DNA of 64,000 bases from Flectonema sp. DT1601 (Eukaryota), in the NCBI GenBank assembly GCA_964019425.1, contig OZ025799.1:558001-622000 (forward strand). The letters are read 5' to 3'. The translations under genes were made by a program, and so were the position numbers. The stretch's first letter is position 1. Every line of letters begins with the position of its first letter. Below are positions 1-11,205 of this stretch, piece by piece. The notes beneath the pieces were generated by a model. It worked only from the letters and a program-made list of their open reading frames with translations, had not been told where the DNA came from and searched no databases.

Positions 1-1
1 G

Positions 2-1354
2 TCTCAACTCCATAAGTTGAAATGCCTGCTAGGAGACAACGACGATGAAAAAAATTCAAGAATCACAATTTTTTTTAACTTGATAAAATTTTTATGTCAA
101 CCGACTATATCTAAAGCATCCGAAAGTAAAACAAACGACACATCAGAACAACAAACAACCGTCGATAATGATGACGACATTGGTTTAAAAATTGAACTTA
201 TAAAGCCATCAGTACATGGATACGCCTATGCCTGCAAAGAAGACAACATTTCGATGCTTCACGGAGCAATAGCTGACGCAGTTGACAGATCGATGCTTAA
301 CAATACTAAGTTTAGAGAGTCACGTACCTGTAAAGCAATATCAGTGGGAGCAGTATGCTCTACGGATGATCCGAGTGAGGGTTTGTGTAAGGTATACAGC
401 CTTCGGGGTGGTACTGCCACGGTGTTGTTTTCCTCTGTTGAGGAATCTTATAAAAAAGGTGATAAAAAAAAACTTATTGAAGTAGCAACATCACGTCTTA
501 GGAATCAGGATGCATTTATACGACTTTCTATTGTTAATGAGCTTGGGTATATTGTTTATCAAAGATCAAATTTAGGAATTCAACGTTCGAATGGTAGAAT
601 TGTTGTTGGCCACGGTGGTAAAGCCTCCCCTTTACACTTCTCACTAACTAGTCTTCAACATGCAACTACTGCTTATCTTCTTAAGGAAGGTGCAGATCCA
701 CGTCTGCAATCGGCTGACGGTACAACTCCAAAATCACTTTGTCTTTTCAATGCAAAAGCTAGTTTCAGAAGGTCAAAGGAAGCTGCTGCTGAAGCAGCAT
801 CTCTGAAGTCGACGTTAACATCACTGAAAGGAAAAGAAGGGATCGCAGCAAAACAAGAATTCAGTCTTCAAAACATTACCGAAGACCTCCAAAAGGACGT
901 ATCAAAGTCTCCAACAAACTCTTCACTAATTCAGAAAGCATCTGCAGCAGAGAAGGAGCATCGTGAAAAAAAAGTTGAGGCGGATAAATTAAAAAACGAA
1001 ATTGAGCAAACTCAGAAGAGACAAGACACCCTACTGCGTGCGGTATCATTTGGAAAAGTAGCTGGTGCTAAGTACCGTAAGTGGGCAGAGATACTTGAGC
1101 CGAAACCAAAACCACGACCAAAACCATCGCAGTTGGTCACAGATTCAAATCACCCTTCTAGTTCTGACACTAAGCAGGTTGAAGTTGGGGAAGACAAAAA
1201 AACAGCCGACGTGATTGACGAAAAGCAGCAGCCATCACCTGCTCCGTCTCCCAGATCACGTGAAGAACAACAAGAAAAGGAAGCTTACCTGAAACAATTG
1301 TCAATCGAAGAAGAAGAAAAAGAAGCAAAAGAAAAATACCTTTCCAGTCAGTAG
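2..1354 (+). CDS. 5'-truncated hypothetical protein with ankyrin-like repeat and C-terminal coiled coil
   Basis: Frame is open from the window edge (no stop upstream of 17). TAYLLKEGADPRLQSADGTTP resembles an ankyrin repeat; K/E-rich coiled-coil tail; stop TAG at 1352-1354. Confidence 0.6.
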   Translation, partial: SQLHKLKCLLGDNDDEKNSRITIFFNLIKFLCQPTISKASESKTNDTSEQQTTVDNDDDIGLKIELIKPSVHGYAYACKEDNISMLHGAIADAVDRSMLNNTKFRESRTCKAISVGAVCSTDDPSEGLCKVYSLRGGTATVLFSSVEESYKKGDKKKLIEVATSRLRNQDAFIRLSIVNELGYIVYQRSNLGIQRSNGRIVVGHGGKASPLHFSLTSLQHATTAYLLKEGADPRLQSADGTTPKSLCLFNAKASFRRSKEAAAEAASLKSTLTSLKGKEGIAAKQEFSLQNITEDLQKDVSKSPTNSSLIQKASAAEKEHREKKVEADKLKNEIEQTQKRQDTLLRAVSFGKVAGAKYRKWAEILEPKPKPRPKPSQLVTDSNHPSSSDTKQVEVGEDKKTADVIDEKQQPSPAPSPRSREEQQEKEAYLKQLSIEEEEKEAKEKYLSSQ

Positions 1355-1547
1355 CTGTCTTCACAATGATCTTGATGAAAAAAAAAAAAAAAAAAAAAAA
1401 AAAAAACAACACAAAAAGAAAAACCACATACTTCTGTAACCTATTTCCAAAGTGCAATTCTGTACTACCATAGATCGATTATGAAATACACATCGTACTG
1501 CTTGCGTTTTATAAATTATTTTAACAGGAGAAAGTTGTTAAGACAAA

Positions 1548-4160
1548 ATGAAAATATCAAACGTGGAGTATGCGAACTCAACACCCAACAGAGTCAGACA
1601 GGACAACTGTTTGTATTATATTCCACTTATTTATCAGTTACTCAACGCAACAAATATGAGCGTACGGAGTTCCTCAACAGTCAGCATCCCAGCGTTTAAC
1701 GTGGGTGACATATTTGATGGAAGGCTACCATTGCCTCCAACTGCGATAGTGTTTCCGGAGAAGGGGTTAAATGTCCCTCCTCCTACAAGACCTGGAGGGA
1801 TGCAGCAAAATGCAGAAGCAGTATTGAGAGCCGCTGTAACTGCAAATCAAAATCAAGAAAAGAATATGACCACTGGAAATGCTCAGCAAGCTGCTGCTAT
1901 GCAAGTTGCGCAGTTGGTGAGTGGTTCTCCACCACAGACGCCACTTGCGCCTCAGGTGTCGGTCGCTGCGTTTTCATCTACTGCAGAACAACAGCAACCG
2001 GAAGTTAATAATTTACTTCATCAACACGGAACACAACAACTTGATCAACTAAAACGCCACGAAGAAGAAATCCACAGAGTCAAACAGTTTCTTGAACAGC
2101 AAATGACTGTTCAAAATCACGAGATCGAAAGTGCCAAAAATCGACACATCCAGGAATTGAACCAAGTTCTACACGCTAATCAAGAAGAAAGCAAGATGTT
2201 TGCACAAACAAACCCTACCGCCCAAGGCAGAGAGACTGAAATACGCAGACTAGAAACATTACATCATAGCAGAGTCTCTAACATTAAACATAAACACAGT
2301 GAAGAGATAAGTAGATTACAATCACAACTAATGTCATTCATGTCCGTTCAAGAAGAAGAACTAAACAGAGTCAGGCAGCTTCACATGCACCAACAAGAAC
2401 ATCAACGGCATGATCAACAGAGAGAGCTATCAACATTAAAATCCCTTATGAATGATAGAATCAAACAACAAGACGAACGTATTGCTGTTACTCACAATGC
2501 TGTTCAGAGACATCAGTTATTGCAAAGTGAAGAAATGAATAAGATTGGTGCTGGGTTTACAGCTCAACAAAGAGAGCTTGTAAAGATTCAACAGCAGTCG
2601 GTTGTTAGAGATGATGATTTGAATCGAGTAAAACAAGTATTGAATGCTGACAGGAATAATATGGATGTTGAATTGAGACGATTGAGAGATTCTCAGACGA
2701 ATGATTTTCGAACTCTTCATCAAAAAACAACCGACGAGTTAAAACGGTTCCAAGAATCTCAACAAGCTACTCACAATGAAACACGTACCGCAATGAACCT
2801 CAGAGATGTTGAATTATCAAACAAACAATTGCAACACGCTGGTCAGCTGCAGCAATTTCAACAGGAATTGGGTCAGCGTAAACGTGAAAACGCTGCGGAT
2901 ATACAGAACCTACAGGCTCTCCAATCTGCTAAAAACCACGAACTCCAACTCTCACTTCAACAGCTGATGGTCCGCCAACAAGAACAAGGATTCCAACACA
3001 GCACTACCCGCGATGATTTGACAAAAAAAACAGCTTTACAGGAGGAGGAAATTCGTAGAATACGTGAAAAAACCGAAGAAGAATTCGCTTCAAGGCTCCG
3101 ACTGCAGCAAATGCACACCCAAGAAATGGAAATAACTGGAAAATTAATGAACCAAGAAAAACAAATGGCAGCTGTGGTCAATCAATTCGAAAAGGAAATA
3201 GCAAATAAAGAGTTGGAAATTCATTACATAAAGGATGATTTAATTAAAAGAGAATTAGAATTAAAAGTTAGATCTGAAGAATTAAAACAACGAGACCACT
3301 TAATAACAGAAAGGGATCGAGTTACCGTTCCCCAACTCCAAGAAAAACTCCTCACCAAAGAACGAGAGCTTTGTCACATCCAGGCACAATACAATACAAC
3401 TAAAATTGATTTAGCAGCAGTCGTTCAGGAACTTCGTGGTAACCTTGCGGTGGAGTATAAGAAATCCCAGCAGATGCAAGACGAGATTACTAACCTCACA
3501 TCGAGACTTGGTGAAAAAAATAGCAAGTGTGCGGCTTTAGAATCCGACCTCAGTCACGAAAAAGCCAAAGCACAAGAAGCATCTCAACAATGTGAGGCAA
3601 TGCTTCCAGAGATCAATCACTGGAAGAAAGCTACAGAAGCGAATTCAACTACCCACACAATGCTACGAGAACAGATGAAAACCTGCCAAGAAATCAGCGA
3701 TCGGGAAGTTCGATCCCGGGACGACACGATTTTTTCACTGAGACAAGAAACTGATGAGTTGAGAATAGCTGTGGCTCATCTAAGTGAGCAGTTGGCGAAT
3801 TCTCAAAGAGTTAATAAACAGGCACAGACAACAGAGTTAGAGCAAACTCAAAAGCTAAATGAATTAAAAAACCGAGTGAAAGAGTCAGAGACTGAACTGA
3901 CCTTCACCAATCAGGCTCTTGAGACTCTTCAAAACAGAAATCAGGAACTTGAAAGGCTTCACATGAATTCTGTAGTGGCTGCGTTGGATGCGCGTTACTT
4001 TCCAGATGAGCAGCAGCAACATCAGCATCCGCTCCCATCAATTGTGATGGAAACGCCAGTGAGTCAGCAACCGTTTACTCCTCGCACTCCCTCAGCAGGA
4101 GACGCCATCTATGAGCCTGTGGTTAATTCTTTGGCGAAGTATCTATCAAAGGGAAAATAA
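1548..4160 (+). CDS. Gln/Glu-rich long coiled-coil protein (start may be ATG 1656)
   Basis: 870-aa ORF dominated by heptad Q/E/L/R sequence. Its C-terminal part aligns with the neighbouring 4598 gene. Confidence 0.8.
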   Translation: MKISNVEYANSTPNRVRQDNCLYYIPLIYQLLNATNMSVRSSSTVSIPAFNVGDIFDGRLPLPPTAIVFPEKGLNVPPPTRPGGMQQNAEAVLRAAVTANQNQEKNMTTGNAQQAAAMQVAQLVSGSPPQTPLAPQVSVAAFSSTAEQQQPEVNNLLHQHGTQQLDQLKRHEEEIHRVKQFLEQQMTVQNHEIESAKNRHIQELNQVLHANQEESKMFAQTNPTAQGRETEIRRLETLHHSRVSNIKHKHSEEISRLQSQLMSFMSVQEEELNRVRQLHMHQQEHQRHDQQRELSTLKSLMNDRIKQQDERIAVTHNAVQRHQLLQSEEMNKIGAGFTAQQRELVKIQQQSVVRDDDLNRVKQVLNADRNNMDVELRRLRDSQTNDFRTLHQKTTDELKRFQESQQATHNETRTAMNLRDVELSNKQLQHAGQLQQFQQELGQRKRENAADIQNLQALQSAKNHELQLSLQQLMVRQQEQGFQHSTTRDDLTKKTALQEEEIRRIREKTEEEFASRLRLQQMHTQEMEITGKLMNQEKQMAAVVNQFEKEIANKELEIHYIKDDLIKRELELKVRSEELKQRDHLITERDRVTVPQLQEKLLTKERELCHIQAQYNTTKIDLAAVVQELRGNLAVEYKKSQQMQDEITNLTSRLGEKNSKCAALESDLSHEKAKAQEASQQCEAMLPEINHWKKATEANSTTHTMLREQMKTCQEISDREVRSRDDTIFSLRQETDELRIAVAHLSEQLANSQRVNKQAQTTELEQTQKLNELKNRVKESETELTFTNQALETLQNRNQELERLHMNSVVAALDARYFPDEQQQHQHPLPSIVMETPVSQQPFTPRTPSAGDAIYEPVVNSLAKYLSKGK

Positions 4161-4597
4161 GCAATACCGTTAAAAACTTTGCTTCTTAATTTTTTTTTAT
4201 TATGTCATATTTTCAATTATTGTTGTACCGAATTGTATTTGTACCTTTTGACTTGTTTTTTTTTTTTTTTTTTTTTTGTTATTCCCTTTCTATGTTGGAG
4301 GTGTTTGTCGTGTAACTGAATTCCACTTCGTACACAAGCAAAATGTATTTACTTAAATTCACTATTTTCCTCTTTTATAATGTCGTTTCTATTACACAAA
4401 ATTGGTTACCTCAAGAAAAAAAAAAAAAAAGTGAATTGTGTTCATCTTTCCTAATTATTAGATATGTAAAGTAGCCACTCCTCGTTAGGTGTATTGTAAT
4501 TATTTTTCTTTAATTGTTGTCGTAGATTAGTGGTAATAATTTATTTTATTTTTCAACTACTTAGGAGAACTCTTTTCTTCTAAAAATAAAAAAAAAA

Positions 4598-6004
4598 ATG
4601 CAAAAGACAGACGTACCTGCTCGATTATACATTTCTGTTGATAATGATCATGTCGGTGTGAGTGGGGTGTACTATTTACAAAATGAAGTAAACGGATATC
4701 CCATGTGGCAGATGGATGGACCTACAGGAGCACACCGATGGTTGTACAGCTCTTTGAGAGGTCTCTGGACTATCACAGATAGCGTGAATTGTTTTTCGAC
4801 TGGTTGGGGATACGTTGTTTCAAAAAGACATGATGGTGTAATGCCTCAACATGTCACTAGTTGGAGAATGACTGTTGCTGATACTTGGGTGCCGGCAACA
4901 ACTCTTTGTGTTAAAACTCATCCCTTATCGAATTCAGCAACTGATTTACTTCAAACTGCTATCCAAGAAGAAGAAGCCATCGCACGCAATGAAGAAGTTC
5001 ATCAGGCGACTACTGTCTTATTGAGTTCACCAATTCGTGAATTAAACCATCGCGTGTCGTCATTACAGACTGCAGTCATTGACGCAGAATCAACAGCTGA
5101 AATGTTACAAGCGGAGTCTAAATATCAATTGGAGTTAACTCAAACTCGTGATAAGACAATTAATGAACTCAACACCGCTCTTGACACAGAGCTACACAGA
5201 TCTGCGATGTTGGATGCGACTGCAGAACCACTCAAAACTCAAACCTATTATTGGAAATCTGCCGCACAAGATCTAATGCAGGCTCGTCTTGAAGCTGAGC
5301 AAGAATTACAACTTCAACATGTGAAAGCATCCGCCGTGGTTAGAGAAAAGGACCTTGAGATTAGTAACTTGAAAGATGAGAGTTTTAGAGTTCACAACAC
5401 TGTAACTGACTTAGGAAGGGAACTCGAATTCGCAAAATTAGAAGCACAGAGAGCTTCAACACAAGTCCTTCACAAAGATGCTAGACTAAAAGAATTAGAA
5501 ATGAATCTTGTCTCCTTACAAAGTACTGTTAACACTCAACAGATAATGCTTGGACGTAAAAAGGATTATGAGAGGGATGTTGCTGAAACTCAAATTTCAA
5601 GATGTGTTGAGGCATTGGCGGATGTACCCCTGCCTTCTACATTTCCTGAAGGAGTTGTTAACAATGAGATTGATCTTCTTCCAAGTCATGATGCAGTAGT
5701 TGTGAAGAGACCTCATGCGAGAGTGTTTGCTGTTCCTATTCCTGATGAAATCTCTACCCCAAATAGAAATTTTCAAGTTCAAAGACTCTCAGGTGTTAGC
5801 TCCCTCGAACTTGACGACGATTTACCAGATTCTCCTCTTCTAAAACGAGCGCAGTCACCTATCCCTGAACTTGATGATCTCATTGCACAGCATAATACTC
5901 ATCGCTCACCTTCAGTCTTTAATGAACCGTCAAACCATTGGCCAACAGAAGAGTCAGTTATAAACTCGTTGGCTAATTTAATTCGTGAGAATCGTTTGCT
6001 TTGA
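4598..6004 (+). CDS. Hypothetical protein: N-terminal Trp/Gly-rich ~100-aa module plus coiled coil
   Basis: 468-aa ORF. The N-terminal GVYYL..VNGYPMW..WLYS..GLWTITDS..F..G....H.G..P..V.SW module also occurs at the spliced C-terminus of the 6394 gene. Confidence 0.8.
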   Translation: MQKTDVPARLYISVDNDHVGVSGVYYLQNEVNGYPMWQMDGPTGAHRWLYSSLRGLWTITDSVNCFSTGWGYVVSKRHDGVMPQHVTSWRMTVADTWVPATTLCVKTHPLSNSATDLLQTAIQEEEAIARNEEVHQATTVLLSSPIRELNHRVSSLQTAVIDAESTAEMLQAESKYQLELTQTRDKTINELNTALDTELHRSAMLDATAEPLKTQTYYWKSAAQDLMQARLEAEQELQLQHVKASAVVREKDLEISNLKDESFRVHNTVTDLGRELEFAKLEAQRASTQVLHKDARLKELEMNLVSLQSTVNTQQIMLGRKKDYERDVAETQISRCVEALADVPLPSTFPEGVVNNEIDLLPSHDAVVVKRPHARVFAVPIPDEISTPNRNFQVQRLSGVSSLELDDDLPDSPLLKRAQSPIPELDDLIAQHNTHRSPSVFNEPSNHWPTEESVINSLANLIRENRLL

Positions 6005-6393
6005 TGATGTCTCACTTTTTTTTGTATTTGTATTTTTGAATTCTTATCCCGTTCAAACGCTCCCCCTCCCCACTTTTGTTTCTCCTGTACTTCCACCAAA
6101 GACACCAGGCAAATGTTCAATGCCTCCTGTTTCATGGTGACAGTACTTTTATTTTTTGTGCAAAGACCTGCAGTATTCTTCCCAGATAAATCTTTTCGTA
6201 TCGTTTCAAATTTCCCCACTTTTGTTTCTCCTGTACTTGTACCTTAGTATTATTTATTTGTCGTTTGTGTTGTTGGTGGAGTTTTTTAGCTTCGCTCTTT
6301 TAAGTAGAATTTGAAGAAACTTCTTTTTTTTTTTTTTTTTTTTTTAAAGCAAACTGACCATCAATTTCTTTTCAGGCTGGCTAAATCAAATTA

Positions 6394-8655
6394 ATGAGTG
6401 AGTGGAGGAGGAGACACTCACTTCTGAAGACATGGTCTAGTTGGTTAATTAATGAAGAGAGTGATAGAGTAAATTCCTACTATTTTGGATGGTTACGAAA
6501 ACTATTTGAAGACGACAATAATCATCCAAATGATGATCGAGTCTTAGGAACATTCGGAATAGTAACATATCGACTACTAAAGGGAAGAGCAGATCAAAAA
6601 GAAACTCAAGGCGCAATGAGCCGAATAGGACTTTTCTACGGTAGTATATGTCAACTTCTCGTATCATTCGCTATCCTTGGATGTGGTAGCATGACGATCT
6701 TGAGTTCAATTGCGGGTATTCTCACCGCAACGTTGGGGATAGTTACATCAATAAGTAGTGGTAGATCGTACTACAAGATATTTCTTATGATAAATTTATC
6801 GTTTCCACCTCTTTTAGTTGCTCATGTCTATCGAAATTATTATCACAGTAGAATTATTTTTAATGAATGCTTTCCTGTTATCGTTGACTACACAATTGAT
6901 AGTGTCGAGTGTAGTTCTAGTGAGGGGATTGACAAGATAGCATTACTCTTGACGTGTGTGTTGTTGATGTTTACCCTATTGTGTACGAGGTGTTGTGCAG
7001 AATACTTAAATTCATCGACTTTGTTAAATAATTATAGCAGTCATGGTTTACTTTTTATCTATTTGAGAGGTGTTGCTGGAAGACTCAGAGTCGGACTCAC
7101 TGATATCCAACGAAGAGAGTCAGACTACCCACAACAACAGTCAGGTAGTGAAAGTGAATCGGACCCGATGACGTTAATGGAAAGGTTTTGTGGATGGTTT
7201 CCAATGAAAGAAGAACATACCCAGAACAGTGTTGATAATAATGGATTAATGGAACTTTTTGAAAACAGAATAACTGACACTCCTTCAAGCGGAGCGAAGT
7301 CTGGGCCATCCTCTCCAACATCTCCTCTACTTGGGGGACCACGACATGAATCAATTGCAGGTCGACTTCCTGTTCACTTGGAATCAATGGTCGACGTACT
7401 CTTTCAAGAACCTGTTATTAAACAACCAGTTTCATCATTACAAGTTCATGTTCCGGTTCCACAACGAAGTCAGTTTGGAAAGAATCCATCTACTGGCAGC
7501 AATGCCTCATCACCGTCAACTCAGTTTAGAGGACGATCAGAAACAGAATTTATGAGCATCGGATGTTTTAGATCACCTCATGAACATCAGAACACGACAT
7601 GGAAAGAATATCAAGGAATGGAAGGTTCTTGTGATCAAGACGATATTAATAATCCACCAACTCCACCAGCAGATTGTGACGACAAAACGACTGAAGCCAC
7701 TCGACGAAAAAGAAGAGCATATCAAGTTTCTCTTGGAAAAAAGACTCAAGAATACATAAACTATATCAACGCTGTTTCAGTTGAAGAGCGTACCCCTGAC
7801 GACCCGGTTACTCCTCCTGTTAGCCCGCCACAATCGCGAAGAACATTTTACAAAGTTGCTTGCGAATGGCGACAGCAACTACACCGCTGGGATACTACTG
7901 AAGGATATGTAGCTCCTGGTGGTAAATCTGTGAAGAGTAAAAAGAAATCAAAATCAACATTGGCACCTCCGACAGTCAACTTTGATAAAACATCACCAGA
8001 GATGCCAGCGAGTAGTGGAAAGCTTCCAGCGACTGGGAAAACTGCTGCGGGGGCAGCAGCTGCGAAGGCAGCTCCAACTCCCACTCCAGCACGTACACCA
8101 GCTAAAAAACTTTCAGAAAAACGAGTTTGTTGGGCTCCCACAACAGCTACTCCTGTTCCTGTTCCATTCTCTAACTACCCAGTCTCTAATGTAAATACGC
8201 ATGGAAGTCCTCTTCAACTTCTCAGTGTTGCTGTAATGTCAACTCATTCACATTGCACTGGAATGTACGAGTTACAAGGATTCCCTGTAAATGGATTCCC
8301 TATGTGGAAGGTATGTTCTTATCTATAACTAATTATCAATATAGTTCATCAGATTTTAACTAATAAAAACTAGGCTCTCAGTCACAGTGGATATAGATTC
8401 TTGTATTCTGGTAAAGGTCGATGGGTTGTAACAGATTCAATGGCTGACTTTCCTTCATCTACGGGGTTTATCAGAAGTTGTGCGCACCGAGGAACGCTCA
8501 CTCCGAATAAAGTGAGGTCTTGGCAGGTATGATATTATTGTAAATTACTTTATGAATTGGGGCTCTCAATTATATAACAAAACAAACAGAGTGGAGACGG
8601 ATCCACTTGGCGTGATGATTCTTGCATAGTTGTGATTGCTCCTTTTGCTGGATGA
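6394..8655 (+). CDS. Multi-pass membrane protein with histone stem-loop binding (SLBP-type) RNA-binding domain; 3 exons (6394-8310, 8374-8526, 8590-8655)
   Basis: Several hydrophobic helices at aa ~75-200. RRKRRAYQVSLGKKTQEYINY...P.TP...SRR.F....EWRQQLHRWD (7699-7893) matches the SLBP RBD pattern. Two phase-0 GT-AG introns restore a complete C-terminal module homologous to the 4598 N-terminus. Confidence 0.8.
8311..8373 (+). other. cis-spliced intron, 63 nt
   Basis: GTATGT...TAATAAAAACTAG; removal keeps frame and continues the conserved module (PMWK|ALSHSGYRFLYSG). Confidence 0.85.
8527..8589 (+). other. cis-spliced intron, 63 nt
   Basis: GTATGA...AACAAAACAAACAG; removal gives VRSWQ|SGDGSTW, completing the module. 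Confidence 0.8.
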
Positions 8656-9059
8656 AAAAACTTCTCTTTTTCATATTGTTGATCGTTACTTAATAAAATA
8701 ATTACCCTGGTGGTCACTCTGCGTTCTGTTTATAATGCAGAAAGCGAACACCACATGCTGTTTATGTTTATGTTCTGTTCTGTTCCTCGTATGTGTTGTC
8801 CGTTGCTCAGTTTGTGTGAGAGATCTCAGTGTTGTTTGTTGACATTCTGATCCTGGATGAGTATGGCTTACAATCTGTTTTCTTATCGACGACTTGGTGA
8901 TTATTAAGTATCCTTTCTAGCTATATAATATAATTAACTAGCCTTGGCTACATCACTGGAAGAGTATTCCTTGTTTGAAAGATAAATGCTTAATGTTATA
9001 GATATGATATATTCCTCCCCCACAACCAGATTACTTTAAAAAACCTAATCAACAACACA

Positions 9060-10328
9060 ATGAGCGAAGGTTGGCCATTCTGTAAAGTCACAGGACTTGT
9101 TAAAGGTGATGTTGTAGGAGCCTGTGTAAGTGGAGGTCTGGACAGTAAAACTATTGGACACCGTTTGGTTCAGGCTGGTGTTGACACGATCTGTTTCACT
9201 GCTGACTTAGGTCAACCAGATGAGGAGAACATTGAAGATGTAAAGACAAAGATGGCACCAACAGGTGTAAAGGATACCATCATTGTTGATCTCAAAGACC
9301 AGATGGCAGAAGCCTGCTACGAAGCTATCATGGCACAAGCAAAGTATGATGGAGGATACTGGCAGTCAACTGGTATTGGTCGTCACGTCACAGTTCTGGG
9401 ACTTCTACGTGAAATGCAAAAGCACGGAGTTACCGTCTTAGCTCACGGTGCTACTGGTCGTGGTAATGATCAAATGAGATTCGAACGTTACACAAATGTT
9501 ATCGCTCCAGATATGAGAGTTTACGCGCCATGGAGAGATCCTGTTTTGTTGGTTGACTTTGCTGGAAGAACTCAAATGATTGACTACCTTGCAAAGCACG
9601 GTATCACTCACGTTCTTCCAAAGACAAAGAAGAGATATTCAACTGATAGTAATCTTGCTGGGCTTTCAAATGAAGCTGAAGACTTGGAATCCTTAGAAAC
9701 CCCAATGACAATTGTTGAACCACTCATGGGTGTTTGGCCTCAAGATGCACCTGATAAGGTAGAAGACGTTACCCTTCGTTTTGTTAAGGGTAGATGCACT
9801 CAAATTAACGGAAAAGACGTAACCCCTCTCGAAGCTATGCTTCTTGCCAATACTATTGGTGGAAGAAATGGAGTTGGGTTATGCCATGCCTTAGAAAACC
9901 GTCTTTTGGGAACAAAGTCTCGTGGTGTGTATGAAGCACCTGGTATGGAACTTCTTGGTAAGGGATTAGAATTAGTGTATCAGGGAACTCTTGATAGACG
10001 TTCAAATAATTTATTTAAACAACTTAGCACTCACGTTAGTGACATGATGTACGATGGAAGATACTTTGATCCTTCAAACCAGGCAGCTCTTACAGCCATC
10101 AAGCAATTAGCTGAGGCGGCAACTGGTACAGTCAAGGTTGGATTGTACAAGGGAAATGTCCTTTACCAGTCTCTTACTGATATGCCAGCTTCTTTATACA
10201 AGGAGGAGGACTCAAGCATGGAGGCTTCCTCGGGTCTTAACCCTGTTAGCTCGCAGGGATACGCTGAAATCCAGAAGGTTGAGGCTGTCGCTCTTGCTGA
10301 GGCAAAGGTTATTAGGACTCCGTTCTAG
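9060..10328 (+). CDS. argG: Argininosuccinate synthase (bacterial type 2-like)
   Basis: SGGLDS P-loop, TADLGQPDE, HGATGRGNDQMRFE, YSTDSNL and KSRGVYEAPG motifs; intronless, 422 aa. Confidence 0.97.
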   Translation: MSEGWPFCKVTGLVKGDVVGACVSGGLDSKTIGHRLVQAGVDTICFTADLGQPDEENIEDVKTKMAPTGVKDTIIVDLKDQMAEACYEAIMAQAKYDGGYWQSTGIGRHVTVLGLLREMQKHGVTVLAHGATGRGNDQMRFERYTNVIAPDMRVYAPWRDPVLLVDFAGRTQMIDYLAKHGITHVLPKTKKRYSTDSNLAGLSNEAEDLESLETPMTIVEPLMGVWPQDAPDKVEDVTLRFVKGRCTQINGKDVTPLEAMLLANTIGGRNGVGLCHALENRLLGTKSRGVYEAPGMELLGKGLELVYQGTLDRRSNNLFKQLSTHVSDMMYDGRYFDPSNQAALTAIKQLAEAATGTVKVGLYKGNVLYQSLTDMPASLYKEEDSSMEASSGLNPVSSQGYAEIQKVEAVALAEAKVIRTPF

Positions 10329-11205
10329 TTTGTGGATGTTATATTTGAAAATTAAATTACAGTTTTTTTTTTTTTTTTTTTCATTTGTTTTCCGACAATA
10401 ATAGATTCTGATTTTTTCCATCTATTGTTTTGTAGTCTTTCAGTTCCGTTGGGAAAAACTTCTTTCCGCCACACCTGTGTAGAATAAAATGAAGAATAGA
10501 ACATCAATCATGATCCAAAGGTTTTCCCCTTCGTGTTTGTAGCTGTTAGTTAATTTTGTCTCTCGGTTTTGCCACCGCAGCAGCAAAGCGATAAATTTCC
10601 CAGGACAACGTACTTGCCTACAACGCCGGGTTTTTTTTTATTGCGCTCGTTGATCTGCATTGAAAAAAAAAAAAAAAAAAAAAGCATATTCTCCCTCTCT
10701 CCAGCTTTTATTTAATCTTTTTATTTTTTTTAGAAAAAAAAAAAAAAAAAACAAAAGCAATCAGATACTGTAAAAAGGTTTACATGTGTTTGGTTGCGTT
10801 TTTTTTTTTTTACTTCGTGATTGTGATGCGCAATGCGGCCTTTTGGCGCGCATATGAGAACCTTTACTGTAGATGATGTCGTGATGTGAGGTTGTTTTCT
10901 TATGCTCTGTGCTTAGTTTTTGGTGAGGCAGTTTTCTTTCTAAGTCTTTCTCACCTCTATTATTCTTATTCAGGATTCAGCTCTCTATGTTGCTCGAACC
11001 AGAGTGTGGCATGGGTAGTGCAAGATCGTTACGTCTGGTGCGTGCACTGCGGGGGTGGCACTGCATTAATACAACATTCAGATAGGATCGAAGACTTTCA
11101 CAAACGTCGATGTTGTGTTTCAGTTTTTTTTTTTTTTTTTTTGATGAAAAATTTACCTTCTACAGCTGTATCCACTTATTTAAAAATAATAATAATAAAA
11201 AAAAC

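Noticed and set aside
1457..1468. Relic spliced-leader sequence (TTCTGTACT; also near 44981, and a variant at 6078)
   Set aside because: Only about 9 nt match the euglenozoan SL 3' part, which is too short to support.
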